Assembly (NCBI GenBank): GCA_964016885.1
Contig: OZ024745.1
Location: 107,260,001 to 107,324,000, forward strand
DNA length: 64,000 nt
Source: Eledone cirrhosa
Taxonomy: Eukaryota
Reading direction: 5' to 3'
Each line of letters begins with the position of its first letter. The first letter of the stretch is position 1. This document shows, one piece after another, positions 45,172 through 59,602 of this stretch. A program made the translations under genes and the position numbers. The notes below the pieces were generated by a model. It saw nothing but the letters and a program-made list of their open reading frames with translations. It was not told the DNA's origin and made no database searches.

Positions 45172-45176
<5 letters not shown>
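44991..45176. mobile_element. Short fold-back copy of the 31131-31556 family
   Basis: Palindrome 44991-45081 centred on tgc (45035-45037), followed by the same tail; (TA)n flanks. Confidence 0.85.
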
Positions 45177-45265
<89 letters not shown>

Positions 45266-45410
45266 GACATAGTCGTAAAAAGATTTGGTTAAGATACCCA
45301 AGGAGTAGTGCATTCAGTTCATGGGATGAGCTTTAATATATTATTTTCAATGAAACGCGTCTCCGAACGTTTCTCCGTGTTGTGTATTCATTGCAATATA
45401 TATATATATA

Positions 45411-45494
<84 letters not shown>

Positions 45495-46060
45495 ATGCTC
45501 CGTAAACCAAACGACGCCAACTTGTTAGGGATGGGGGTAAGACGTCCTTAATCAACCGTTGGGGGGTTATTCGGTAAAGATATCAAATAGCTTAATCAAC
45601 GGTTTTATAGTCCCTTAGGAACGAGAACGATTGACTATAGATTGAATAGACTGACTCCGTTTTGGAACAGTGATCTACGACCACCATTTACTACTACCGC
45701 CGGTGTAGCTCCTTCTCCTTATCCCTGGAATCCGTACAACATAAGCTTACCGATCCTTGAAAATGTAAACACCTCCCCAATGACATATATATCAACGACA
45801 AAACTAACTTTATTTTTATTTACATTTTACTTTCTGTCTGACGACAACGCATTCAATATCCGTTGAATAACAACATTTTGAAGTCTTTGAAATGTGCAAA
45901 ACGGAATGTTGAATATGTGATAACATCTCTTTTCTTTTATATATATATATACTGAATAAAAAATATATATATATATATATACTTTTATATATATATATAT
46001 ATACTGAATAAAAAATGGCGTAGACATACAACACAACAGGAGGAACAAAGAATATAACAC

Positions 46061-46099
46061 CACTGACGATGTTGCAGATGTGCAACGAAAGATTTATGT
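46061..46099 (+). ncRNA. Putative degenerate minimal hammerhead
   Basis: ca CTGACGA t gttgca-gatg-tgcaac GAAA gatt TA tg; strong stem II, weak stem I. Confidence 0.45.
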
Positions 46100-46296
46100 A
46101 AATTATGTAAACTATATATATGTGTTTGTGTCTATATTGTATCTGTATTATTTTTGACCGTCGGTCAGTCAATGGCAACATTGAGGACCGAGTAAGTTAG
46201 ATCGCAGATATAAAAGACAGCGAGAAGCGAAAACCAACCAAACAGTGAGTGTGTTCTGTTATTAATTCTGGCAATATTACGCAAATATGACCCTCC

Positions 46297-46398
<102 letters not shown>

Positions 46399-46530
46399 AC
46401 ATATGCACACACACACACATGTATATATATATATATATATATATACAACAAAGAGGGTGTGGTAAGATACCAGGTGGACCATAGCGCAGCAGAGTACTCA
46501 ATACTTAGGGTAGTAGAATGAGTAATATGA

Positions 46531-46635
46531 AAAGAGTCAGGACCCCGACGGCTGAGCTCCGGCCGTTTCGAAAGTTAGATCCCGAATGGATCTAGTTCGG
46601 CCGGAGCTCAACCGTCGGAATCCTGAATCTTTATA
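46531..46635. repeat. Inverted pair of a short dispersed repeat (also at 32963-33015 and 51706-51760)
   Basis: tcaggaccccgacggctgagctccggccg / cggccggagctcaaccgtcggaatcctga. Confidence 0.8.
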
Positions 46636-46651
46636 TATATATAATATATAT

Positions 46652-46737
<86 letters not shown>

Positions 46738-47608
46738 TATATATATACATATATATTCATATATATATGTATATATATGTGTGTGTGTGTGTGAATTTCT
46801 GCAAGTATAACTAAGAACTAGATATCTAAATATATTCCATTAAATCAAATTCTTCATTGTTGTCGCTATGACTAAGTGGATTATGGGATATACTGTTGTT
46901 ATATTCAATATAAGCAATCGTGAATTAAATATGATGATGTCGTGTCTTGTGATGTTGATAGTTAATGGTTGTGATGGATGTTTTTTTTTAAATATAATAG
47001 TACCTTCTATATGGATGGTTGTTGATATTCACTTCTTTTTTCCCCCGTTGTTCTTATACATTCGGTCGTTAGTTTTCTCTTACACTCTCTCTTTCATTTC
47101 TTCTCCAGGACGATGATGACGACGTTGTGGGCGAGAGTTTTGATGCCCATATTGTTAGTTTGTTGATGTGTTTGTTATTGCCTGTTGTTGGTAGGCGGCG
47201 TTGCATCGCTGAAACATTAACCCCGGCTCTTAGTTTCAACCGATTTTGCAACAATTTAATTAGCTATGTATATATAGAGAATATCCCTCTGAAAACGTTC
47301 GCACAAATTTAAGAGCAAAGAGTCATTGAAGCATATCAATACACCCCAAATATTGAATACGTAGAGTATATTTAGAATAAATATCATCCTATTGTTTGAA
47401 TGTACTGTTGATTTTTTTTTTTTTTTTGTAGAATTTTAAATATTCCAAAGTGTTTGTTTTCTTGTCCATTTAAAATGTTTTTGTTGTTATTGTTGGTGGT
47501 GGCGGTCCTAGAGATGTTGTTTAGACTCAGCTCATTGCTGGAACGTCTTTTATCAAGTGTGGGTTTATTTTTTTTGGCGACTTCTCAAATCCTATAAGCT
47601 CGAATGGC

Positions 47609-47650
<42 letters not shown>

Positions 47651-47728
47651 CTTTTTGAAGATTTTTTCTTTTATTTCTAGCAATTACAAATCCCTCTCCC
47701 TCTTTTTTCTTAATATCTATATCTCTCT

Positions 47729-47845
<117 letters not shown>

Positions 47846-50339
47846 CGTCTGTGTGTGTTGGTATGCTTGTAAATGCAACTCTCTCTCTCTGTATGTATGT
47901 ACAAATGATTGTTGCTGTATGCTTGTGAATTCATCTTCCTACTTTGTCTATATATACATATATACTCTTTTTATACACACACACTGACATAAATGTGAGT
48001 GAATAAACACACACACACACACACACACAGATATATAAATATATATATATATATATATTCATATACGTTTATATATATAGATATTTTATATTTTATGTAA
48101 AACGAATAACAATAAGGGAATGTGATTAATATAAGCTGTAAAACAAAAGACAAGATAATAACTTACAATCGTAGTAATTATCCGAAAATTTATTTTTCAA
48201 CACTACAGTAGTCTTTAGTTGCTCTTGAAGAAGCAACAAATGTTTTGTAACAATTATGCAGTCATCAAGAACTAATTTTGTTGTTCACGCTCCAATGTCT
48301 CTTATCAATTGTTTATGATTAGTATAAACATGGATTACTGTTAAATTCAAATAGCGGAACCGTCTATACAATTGAAATTTGAAAGGAAGACCGCAATTGT
48401 AAGAATCTCTCGTAGTTATCATACACAATGCTTACTTTAACTCTTTGAAAAGAAAATACAATGCCCAATGGTGCGTGTACATAAAAATAAAAATACGATT
48501 TAAGGCCTTTTATGTTTTTTTGTATTGCTTCTTTTTTCATTTCCTCAGAATTTTTTCTAAACGGATAATTAATATTTCACATGAAAATGCTTCAAACCAG
48601 GATATTAAAACTAAATGTAGACTACATGAAAATAATGAATGTTTGTTTTATTTGTTTGTTTGTATTTTACTATTCTTGTTGCTTAGTTGCAAGTCAGCTA
48701 CGACGTTGCAGATTTATAATCAAAGTTGCTGAACCCAAATCTATCCCTTTCTTTTTCCTATCTACATATATGTCGAATGTAAATTAGAATCGGGTGAGCA
48801 TCGAACTACATACTTTGTGATATTTGAATATGGCCCCATATGTTTTCAATTATCAATTAGCCAATGTCTTTAATGTTTCTTAAGACAGTACGGTGAGATG
48901 CTAGCAAATGGAATAAGCATGTAGACCATTTGTGTTGGGTATTTGATAGTGATTGTGCTCCTTAAACAACAGGACTACAATCACTATCAAATATTGACCA
49001 AATTCTCTTGTCTACAAAATCTCTTAACTGCTGTGATCACTCTGTTATATCCAGTATGTTATTTTATATTTTAGAGCGTATATGGTAACTAGAAGGAGAT
49101 TTGGCTGTCATTTCTAGCAGGTCTTTGAATCAGTATCATCAGATTTATAGTTATTAGTAGGTTAGCTCTATCTTTAAATCGCCAAATAAATTGTATTGCT
49201 GTTCACCTCTTTCAAGGTAGATCAAATAATGTACCAATGAAGTACATGGATAAATTCTCATTCTCTCAGTTACTGGTCTTGTGACTAAATTAGAAAACAT
49301 TCTCTCTGGAATTTCGGCTCTTTTCATTTTGAGCTTAAATTCAGTCAAGCTCAACCTCGTTTCTCACCTTTCATCGATTGATAGAATAAAATCCGAGTCC
49401 AGCATTGGATCGATAAAGTCAATGTTTTGTCCCGGAAAATGTCTAGCAATGTGAAATTAGAAATTATTATATTTCTTGTGAAGTATTCGATGATGCAATA
49501 CAATGTCACACAAGATTATGAGATCAAATTTCATCGGGGTGAACATTACTTTTCATTTTTTTCTGGGGTCGATAAAATCAATCATGTAATCGAGTCCAAT
49601 ATAATTGACTATATTCCTTCCTAAATAATCTGTAGCATTTATGCTTCTTTCAGAAATTATTGTATTATTTATATTTTATCCTTAACAACTTCTGTCATCA
49701 TCATAATTGTTTCTACGTTAGGCACAAGGCCAGCAATTACCCAGTGCATTACTGGTACTTTAATCATCATAATGTCCCCGAAACTGGTGCAGCCTATCGT
49801 TCGGGTGCCACACTAGTCGATAAAAAAGTACCAGTATGGTACTGCGGTTGATTCTTCCGCTAAATCCCTTTCTCGCTTCCTCTGTATCATCCTTTCTCTG
49901 GATTAAAATAAAATACTTTCTCAAAGATTAAAATAAAATACTCATGAAACGATGTATGTCAATACGGCACCCCTACGCCTCCACTAGACGTTACGGGTAT
50001 ATAAATACATGTGATGATATAGTATGGTCCCATAACTCCTGATGGAGTCGTAGGAGCACCGTATTAACATGCAGCGTTTCTTGGATATTTAAGCCTGTCG
50101 GAGTCCATCGCTCTCCAGGCCTAAAAACGTTATATCTACAAGCAAACCCAACTTTTCCTGTGCATATAGACATTCAGAAATAGTTTTAGAGCATACTGAA
50201 TTAATATATGATTTGATACATATACCTTTCTTTATATGGAAAAATGAGTATGAATTGAAAAAATGCAAGTCTCTCTTGTGGTTACGAAAATGGAAAAGGA
50301 AGGGAAAGGCAAGGTCACTAGGGGTCACAGGCAAGTGGG

Positions 50340-50590
50340 AGGGGGAGGGGCTCTCCTATTTATGCTGCGCCCCATGGACAACACCGCAAAAGCATTCCAG
50401 CGCACAACGGCCAGCAACACCTGCTATAACAGCCACCCCACCTCGCGTGGCTACTTCCTCAGGCGGGCTGCTGACGCTACGATCTTGCGGAGGAGCCCGG
50501 CAGTACGGAGTCGAAATACGCCTGAGGTCTCGGCGGTGATGGTGCGAAGAGGAAGCGGCTGGACAATCCCCGGTATTTGTTTATCTTCCT
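50340..50590 (-). mobile_element. Second CRE-like RLE 3' fragment, more decayed
   Basis: Minus: ITAETSGVF..PREVGWLL*QVLLAVVRWNAFAVLSMGRS; aligns with 10340-10605. Confidence 0.65.
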
Positions 50591-50931
50591 TTCTTCTGCA
50601 TTAAATTAGTGTTGATTGTTAAAGTTGAGAATGCTATTTTATTCTACCAGCCTGTTATCCATAACAGCAAACATATCATCGACCTACTACATGTTGATTT
50701 TATGGATATTTGCGGCAGTTAGTTTGCTCTCAATCGGAGCAATGGAGGTTGCTCCAAATGCTGGTCCCAAATTTGAACATAGTGCATCAAGATCCTAGAG
50801 CCTTTGTTGACAATGGGAGGCCATTTCACTTGTGAAAGCCAAATACAGCTACTATTCTCTGTCTGTCTCTCTCCCCCCCCCATCTCTCTCTCTCTCTATA
50901 TATATATATGTGTGTGTGTATATATATGATT

Positions 50932-51586
50932 TCCCAATAACTTATCCAGTTATTGATGGGGGCGAGATATCTTAAAGCGTAGACATATCCGAGACCCCTA
51001 GTAGACAAACTGATGAGGGAAACTCCCTCCTTCCCCACCCCGTTCTTGTCTTCGTATTCCCACTGCATTTTAAGTTACCTTAAATAGCAACTACACATAT
51101 TTCATCATGTTTTTCGCTGTGACCATTCTTCTCTCCCCTTCTACCTACCTATTTCGCTACTTTCTACTCTCACCCTTTTTTCTTCCCCTCCCTTTCTCTC
51201 TCTCACTTTCACCCCCTCACCTGACCGTTTAGCAGTTCTCTTCTCACTTACAACTGCGGCGAACGGACGTGTGTCTCTTTCCTCTCGACCACTCAGTCTT
51301 GAACTTAAGTTCTTTATCGAGTGGTTGCTCGCACATTGTTCGGTCTGTTGTTGTTTTTTCGCTGTTTTGTTACTGTTTTCTTTTTTCTTCCCCGTTGCTT
51401 TCCTTCCCTCCTTCGTTTTCCCACTAACTTATCCAGATATTGACGCCCTGGGGCGAGATATCTTGTCTTTAAAGCGTAGAAGTAGCCGAGACCCCCAGTA
51501 GACAACTGACGGGGAAAACTCCCACCCCCTTTTGCTTTATTCGTATTCCCACTGCATTTTAAGTTACCTTAAATAGCAACTACACA
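50932..51586. repeat. ~490-bp unit with ~165-bp terminal direct repeats
   Basis: taacttatccag..ccgagacccc..ttcgtattcccactgcattttaagttaccttaaatagcaactacaca occurs at ~50938 and ~51425; the interior is pyrimidine-rich. Confidence 0.8.
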
Positions 51587-51778
51587 GCCATTTCTATTCT
51601 CCATATGTTTCATTATATATATTTATAGAAGTAGGTAAGGATGAATAGATGTGTGTATGTTGCGTGAGTCGAGTTTGCGTGTTTGTACGCGTATACATAT
51701 ATATGTTCGGATCTATCTGTCGAAACGGCCGGAGGTCAGCCGTCGGAGTCCTGAATCTTTTCATATATATTATAGGAA

Positions 51779-51990
51779 CGATCGACTTTCGTCAAATCGG
51801 ACCGAGGGAACAATGTTTCCGTTGGTCTTTCCAATTGCTAGTACTATCTATCGGTCGCAACTCCAGGTAGAAGGAGCAACGTGAAATAAAGTGTCTTGCT
51901 CAAGGACATAACGCATGGCCTGGTCCAGGAATCGAACTCGCACCCTTACGATTGCGAATCCAATTCTCTAACCACTCAGCCACACGCCTT
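51779..51990 (-). mobile_element. tRNA-derived SINE, family B
   Basis: Minus: ggcgtgtggctgagtggttagaga..gagttcgattcc..gtccttgagcaagacacttt; paralogue at 58197-58401. Confidence 0.85.
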
Positions 51991-52113
51991 CACATATATA
52001 TATATAAAATATATATTTATATTTATATACATATATATATCTATATTATGTATATATATATATTTATATATATATAAATATATATCTATCTATATTATGT
52101 ATATATATATATC

Positions 52114-52273
<160 letters not shown>

Positions 52274-52432
52274 AATGTATGTAAATGTTCCAGAGAGAGA
52301 ATTGGGGATGGGGAAAGAGAGAGAGAGATATATACATGATTTTAACATTTTAATATTTAAATATTCCTTTACTTATGGGACAACTAGCATGGTTTTAAGT
52401 GTGTGAGATTGTACGAGCAGGCGCACGCACAT

Positions 52433-52639
<207 letters not shown>

Positions 52640-53611
52640 AGTACGTCTGTGTCAGTCTGTGGCTGTGAATGTATGTGCCTCTAAGCGCACGTGTGCATGT
52701 CTGAAATTAGTACTATATGGTTATAGCATTCCTGCGAACACGGTGATCTTCTTTCTGCCATTCGTTCTTTCTTTCACTTTTTTTCTCCTTTCTTTCGTTC
52801 TATCCTTCCTTTTCTTATCTTCATTCCGTTCCTTCTTTATTTCCTTCCCTATCTCATCCTCTATTTCTTTCGTTACGTCTTACTTCCATTATTTACGTAT
52901 GTCTTCCTTTCTATCTTGATCGCTCGAATAGGTTTTGCTTTCTCCACTTTCTGCATTGTCGGCCGAATATTTCGAAACAAGGATAAAGGAATACCTATGT
53001 AGTAATAAAAAAGATGCTGTAGTGAACAAAGCAGAGCATCTGTTAGAAAGCTTTGAAACTAAAGCTGAAAGGAAATGAGAAAGTAGGCAGAAGTTTTGTC
53101 TTGTATATACACACGCACAAACTCACAAACACACACATACATACATCCACACACACACATAGATACACCCCCCTCACACACACACAAACAAACACATATA
53201 CACACACAAACACACACACACTGACACACACTCAGACACACACAAACAAACACTTATACACACACACAAACACACACAACTCACACAAACATACACACAG
53301 GCTCACACTCACACTCACACACACACACACTCACACACACACACGTTCTCACACACACAGGGGTACACACCGAAACACACACACCTACTCACACTCACAC
53401 ACACAAATTCACAAACTATCACAAACATACACATACACACACATACACCCCGCCACACACACATATATATCCGTGAGAGAGAATGTGTGTGTGTACGTGT
53501 TTACATGCATGTATATAATGATACTATAGCATGAATCTGATGAAAAAATGAGTACTCACTACTAAATGCAGAATTATTTATTTTATTTACAAAAGTTAAT
53601 ATACGATATCT

Positions 53612-54870
53612 TCACACTGTAAAGTGATCGTGTAGGTGTCACGACAAAAAACACGCAGCCCACATTGTAAAGTGGACGTGTAGGTGTCACGACAAAAAGC
53701 ATGCAGCCCACACTGTAAAGTGGACGTGTAGTGTCACGACAAAAAACATGCAGCCCACATTGTAAAGTGGTCGCGAAGGTGTCACGACAAAAAACATGCA
53801 TCCCACATTGTAAAGTGGACGTGTAGGTGTCACGACGAAAAACATGCAGCCCACATTGTAAAGTGGACGTGTAGGTGTCACGACAAAAAGCACGCAGCCC
53901 ACATTGTAAAGTGGACGTGTAGGTGTCACGACAAAAAGCACGCAGCCTACATTGTAAAGTGGTCGTGTAGGTGTCACGACAAAAAACATGCAGCCCACAT
54001 TGTAAAGTGGACGTGTAGGTGTCACGACAAAAAACATGCAGCCCACATTGTAAAGTGGACGTGTAGGTGTCACGACAAAAAACATGCAGCCCACATTGTA
54101 AAGTAGACGTGTAGGTGTCACGACAAAAAGCATGCAGCCCACATTGTAAAGTGATCGTGTAGGTGTCACGACAAAAAGCATGCAGCCCACATTGTAAAGT
54201 GGACGTGTAGGTGTCACGACAAAAAACATGCAGCCCACATTGTAAAGTGGTCGTGTAGGTGTCACGACAAAAAACATGCAGCCCACATTGTAAAGTGGAC
54301 GTGTAGGTGTCACGACAAAAAAACATGCAGCCTACATTGTAAAGTGGTCGTGTAGGTGTCACGACAAAAAACATGTAGCCCACATTGTAAAGTTGACGTG
54401 TAGGTGTCACGACAAAAAGCATGCAGCCCACATTGTAAAGTGGACGTGTAGGTGTCACGACAAAAAACATGCAGCCCACATTGTAAAGTGGACGTGTAGG
54501 TGTCACGACTAAAAGCATGCAGCCCACATTGTAAAGTGGACGTGTAGGTGTCACGACAAAAAGCACGCAGCCCACATTGTAAAGTGGTCGTGTAGGTGTC
54601 ACGACAAAAAACATGCAGCCCACATTGTAAAGTGGACGTGTGGTGTCACGACTAAAAGCACGCAGCCCACATTGTAAAGTGGTCGTGTATGTGTCACGAC
54701 AAAAAACATGCATCCCACATTGTAAAGTGGACGTGTAGGTATCACGTCAAAAAGCACGCAGCCCACATTGTAAAGTGGACGTGTAGGTGTCACGACAAAA
54801 AACACGCAGCCCACACTGTAAAGTGGACGTGTAAAAGACACGGCAAAAAGCACACAGCACACAATGTAAA
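53612..54870. repeat. 48-bp minisatellite, ~26 copies
   Basis: Unit cacattgtaaagtggacgtgtaggtgtcacgacaaaaaacatgcagcc; 16-aa periodicity in the ORF track. Confidence 0.95.
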
Positions 54871-55028
54871 TGTGGTTGGCGTTAGGAAGGGCATCAACCC
54901 GTAGAAATCCAGCCAGAAACTCTCTGCTATATGAGCGTAGACAGAGTCACCCGACTCCAACTTGCCTCTCAATGGGATAAACCCCTCTAACACATGCAAG
55001 CGTGGAAGATAGACGTTAATCGATGAAT

Positions 55029-55079
<51 letters not shown>

Positions 55080-55112
55080 TTGTTGTTGATGATGATGATG
55101 ATGATGATGATT
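54871..55112 (+). mobile_element. 3' part of a retroposon (SINE-like) with (GAT)n tail
   Basis: gtggttggcgttaggaagggcatc..cgtagaaa..gacgttaa then (gat)n; contiguous with the last minisatellite unit. Confidence 0.6.
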
Positions 55113-55480
55113 CATTTTTGCAAACAGGAGAAATAAAGATTCGGTGACTTTTTGCTGAATACATCGATCTTGTGACATTTCACCTACATTTTACCTACAT
55201 GCTTCCCGTTTCTCGTCGTATTGCTCTTATTGATGTATCTTAGGTTTACCCTCTTCCTTTTTTATCAACTGTGTGTCATGAACAAGGCATCCATCTCGTC
55301 TATAGATATGTCTCAATTTTCTTCCCGTGACAATCTCAGTTATCAATTTTTGTTGCATTAACCATCTCTTTCCTCTTCTTGATGGTTGCTTGATCCTTCC
55401 ACTTGATTACTAACACACTCTATGTACAAAAACATGTATTTAGCGTTAAATATTTTGGTCAAGATCAATATTCATGAAAT

Positions 55481-55668
55481 AATAATTGTTTCTACTTTAG
55501 GCACAAGGCCAGCAATTAACCAGTTCATTACTGGTACTTTATTTTATCGACCCCGTAAGGATGAAAGGCAATGTCAACCTCGGCGGGATTTGAACTCAGA
55601 TCGTAAAGGGACGTAACTATGCTGGAAAGAATGGCGTCCGACACTCTACCGATACTGCCAATCCACCG
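55481..55668 (-). mobile_element. SINE family A
   Basis: Full-length reverse complement; aataataat at both ends. Confidence 0.9.
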
Positions 55669-56526
55669 AATAATAATATTCATCTTTAAAGTTTTTGTAA
55701 ACTTCTGCTTTAGTGTTTCATGGACTTTCATATAAATTTAATGTACATATTTTTGTTCTAATTTTTAAAATTCATTCGCCAAGCTCCAAGCTGGTTTAGT
55801 GATTACTTGCAACTATAATCCTTAAGTACAGTGTTTATATTAGTTATCCTTCTATACTGTGATCAGATGGTTTATATTCAACATTTCTGTCTGTCAAGCA
55901 GTAATGATTACATCAATCTTGCTTCCATTTCTTGTTAAACTATCCAATATACCAAATTATTCTAAAAACTTTCCTATCTCATAATCAATTACCAACACAA
56001 AACGATTGGACCTTATGTAAAGAGAATATTTAACAAGGTTCCATTGACAGAATCAATATTAAACCTTATTAAATAATGATTTCTACATTAGACATGTATG
56101 TGTAGTTCATCATTAGTTTACCATGTATTTACATCAATGTGCCATTATATTATGTATGTATATATGTATGTATGGTACCGTAACTACTGATAGAATTGTA
56201 GGGGCGCTATATTGACATACGGCGCCTCTTGGGCATTTTAAGCCTGGTGGAGCCTATCTCTCTCCGGGCATATTATAGCATATAGACAGCTAAAAAGATA
56301 TGTAGTTGTGAATATTAACATCATATATTGAATTCCACAAAATAGAACATAAATGACGGAGGATTTATTAATATCAAACGATGAACAAAATCTCAAAACA
56401 CATACACAAAACATGTAAAATATAGTACTGTTCTATATTTTTGAGACGAGGAATTATTTACATTATATATATTGGAATACAATTCTAGGCAGTGACCTGA
56501 ACAAATGTTAATAATAACATCACTAG

Positions 56527-56572
56527 GACACCTGATGAAGGCTGGAGAGTACATCAGCCGAAACGTTGTGTT
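56527..56572 (+). ncRNA. Minimal type-I hammerhead (PLE-type)
   Basis: gacac CTGATGA a ggctg-gagagtacat-cagcc GAAA cg TT gtgtt; stem III is the palindrome AACGTT. Confidence 0.7.
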
Positions 56573-56721
56573 AACAACAAAACAAGATGAGGACACCTAT
56601 CCGTCCAATGTATATAATGTAAAATATACTACGGTAATAATTAGAAGTATAACTTTGAAAATTTGAAATCGGGCAATGGTGATTTTATTACATACTCGAC
56701 CACCTGTCACTCATTGCGTCA

Positions 56722-57403
56722 GGTTCACTTAAAAATAATTTTATTAAATCATGTTCACTTAGAAATAATTTTATTAAATCATGTTCACTTAGAAATAATT
56801 TTATTAAATCATGTTCACTTAAAAATAATTTTATTAAATCATGTTCACTTAGAAATAATTTTATTAAATTATGTTCACTTAGAAATAATTTTATTAAATC
56901 ATGTTTACTTAGAAATAATTTTATTAAATCATGTTCACTTAGAAATAATTTTATTAAATCATGTTCACTTAGAAATAATTTTATTAAATCATGTTCACTT
57001 AGAAATAATTTTATTAAATCATGTTCACTTAGAAATAATTTTATTAAATCATGTTCACTTAGAAATAATTTTATTAAATCATGTTCACTTAGAAATAATT
57101 TTATTAAATCATGTTTACTTAGAAATAATTTTATTAAATCATATTCACTTAGAAATAATTTTATTAAATCATGTTCACTTAGAAATAATTTTATTAAATC
57201 ATGTTCACTTAGAAATCATTTTATTAAATCATGTTCACTTAGAAATAATTTTATTAAATCATGTTCACTTAGAAATAATTTTATTAAATCATGTTCACTT
57301 AGAAATAATTTTATTAAATCATGTTCACTTAGAAATAATTTTATTAAATCATGTTCACTTAGAAATAATTTTATTAAATCATGTTCACTTACAAATAATT
57401 TTT
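56722..57403. repeat. 30-bp minisatellite, ~23 copies
   Basis: Unit atgttcacttagaaataattttattaaatc. Confidence 0.97.
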
Positions 57404-58196
57404 AGATAACAAAATATATACAGGCATGTATATAATGTAAAATGAAATTGGAAGGCCCATACATATATGTGTGTGTCTGTGTGTGTGTGCGTGTGTGTAT
57501 ACATACATATGTGTGTTTGTGTGTATACATATATATGTGTGTGTGTATATATAATTTCATTCAACAATACCACCAGCTCTCTCTCCCTCTCTTTCTCTCT
57601 CTTCTATTTTCCTTCTCTGTCTCCCTCTTTCTCTCCCCCCCTCTCTCTCTCCCTCTCTTTCTGTCTCTCTTTCTCTCTCTATATATATATATCTTTCAAT
57701 CTACTCTCTCACAACCACTATATCTTTTTATGAAGGCGCCAGGGAAAACCCCGTATCTCGGGAACCCTTACTCCAATTTACGTGAAACTTGTTTTATTCC
57801 ATTTGGATTCCCATTCCCAACTTCCTTTCAAAGTATTTTCTCATTGTGCGCCGTTTTGGCTGCATAAAATGACAGACAAGCGCACAATCACAGAGTTTTA
57901 GTAGTGTATATATAACATGGGGAAAACTAAAATTGCTATCTTAAGTTTCAATGAAACAGTACGATTTTTAATTTCAGAGAAATAATATATTACATATATA
58001 AGAAATAGCTTAAAAGAATATAACTGCATATATCCATTTCATTAGATTTGAATATACGTTTTTAGAAGAAATATTTATATAAGTTTATATATACACTCGA
58101 AATATTGCTCTGAAATTTTAATACTTTCTGAATCTCAAGTGATGATCTTATACTGGTCAATTTAACACCCGCTGGTAAAGATATAGTTTGTATGTA

Positions 58197-58401
58197 AAGG
58201 CTGATTGGTTAGAGAACTGGACTCGCAATCGTGAGGTTGTTAGTTCGATTCCTGGACCGAGCGAGGCGTTATGTCCGTGAGCAAGACACTTTATTTCATG
58301 TTGCTCCTTCTACCTGATGTTGCGACCGATAGATAGTATTAGCAATTGGAAAGACAAAAGGAAACATTGTTTCCCCGGTCCGATTTGACGAAAGTCGATC
58401 G
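58197..58401 (+). mobile_element. tRNA-derived SINE, family B
   Basis: ggctgattggttagaga..gttcgattcc..gagcaagacacttt..ggtccgatttgacgaaagtcgatcg. Confidence 0.85.
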
Positions 58402-58746
58402 ACAATTTTTTATTTTTTATTTATGCTTGTAGTGCTGTTAGTAACAGTTTCGAGACTTGAGCGGGGAGGGCTGTGACAATAACGGACACGGTAGGTAAAA
58501 GTCTTACCATTATAAACCCAATTATCACAAAATCATAACAAAACCATCATCCTTATGTTAGCAAAAACACAATTCGCCTCGCACCATCAATATCATTGTT
58601 TAGATTCGTTTACATTTAGTTATTTTATTACCTTATAGTTTGACAATGAAAAAAGGTGACTTTCCCCAGAACTAACCACGCCCTACGTGATTCAACAGGA
58701 TGTCACTTAATAGCTATGAGAGACATTGAAAATACATACATATACA

Positions 58747-58799
<53 letters not shown>

Positions 58800-59439
58800 G
58801 CACACACGGATTGTTGTAGTAGATTGGGAGTATACGAGTATAGGCATCATGTTAGTGAATATATATGTCTTTGTGTTTGGCCTGTATCATATACACATAT
58901 TTATTCTCTTACACGGTGTCTCAACTCTTTTGTGAGATGGTATATAGTGACACCCTCCACGGTTGAATAACTCGATATATTCTAACAGTATGCTTGTTTA
59001 GCATATAAATATCACTGTATACAAACAAGTATCAGGAAAGAAACAAAGACAACCACTCTTGTATCCAACCCACCGCCCCAACACTACTAATACTACCACT
59101 GGCTGGATTGATGCTAATAAACCAAGGCATCACCATCAACCTATATAAACCAATGAGATATTTTCAATATTTTCGCTTGACTTGCTAGAAGTAATAGATT
59201 ACTCTCCTCAAATCACACACTACTATCGTATGAAGGCCGTGATACATTTGAAAATGTATAGTATGGACACGAAATTCCTGTGGAGTCATAGGGGCACCAT
59301 ATTGACAGACGGTGTTTCTAAGGCATTTTTTAAACCTGTCGGAGCCCATCTCCTCTCCAGGACTGAATACAATAGATTTCTTCCAATGAAGGATAGAGAG
59401 AGAGTCAGAAAAACAAAGTGAAAAAGAGATATAGAGAAA

Positions 59440-59602
59440 AAAAATCAACCCCAGTACTTGACTGGTACATTTTTTATCGACCTTGAATGGATGAAAGCCA
59501 AAGTTGACCTCGGCGAGATTTGATCTCAGATATCGGAGAGCCGAACTAAATACTACAAAGCATTCCATACAAGTTTCTAACGCTTCTGCCAATTCACCGC
59601 CT
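59440..59602 (-). mobile_element. Older diverged SINE related to family A
   Basis: ctggtacattttttatcgacc..ggatgaaag..aagttgacctcggcgagatttga..tgccaattcaccgcc. Confidence 0.75.

Noticed and set aside
45318-45368. GAAACGCGTC hammerhead 3' half
   Set aside because: No CUGANGA or stem II upstream; at most a relic.
45835-45876. CTGACGA caacg..cgttg motif
   Set aside because: GAAA is missing (GAAT) and there is no stem III.
50400-50590. GC-rich structured RNA / HDV-like ribozyme shared with 10400-10600
   Set aside because: The HDV pseudoknot could not be completed; the similarity is better explained by the minus-strand CRE endonuclease coding frame.
53583-54713. 376-aa repetitive Cys/His-rich ORF, or CRISPR-like array
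   Set aside because: It is a 48-bp minisatellite with frame-shifting indels and no unique spacers; the context is eukaryotic with no cas genes.
56663-57409. 248-aa (NHVHLEIILL)n ORF
   Set aside because: It is a stop-free frame of a 30-bp minisatellite with no synonymous-site pattern suggesting coding.
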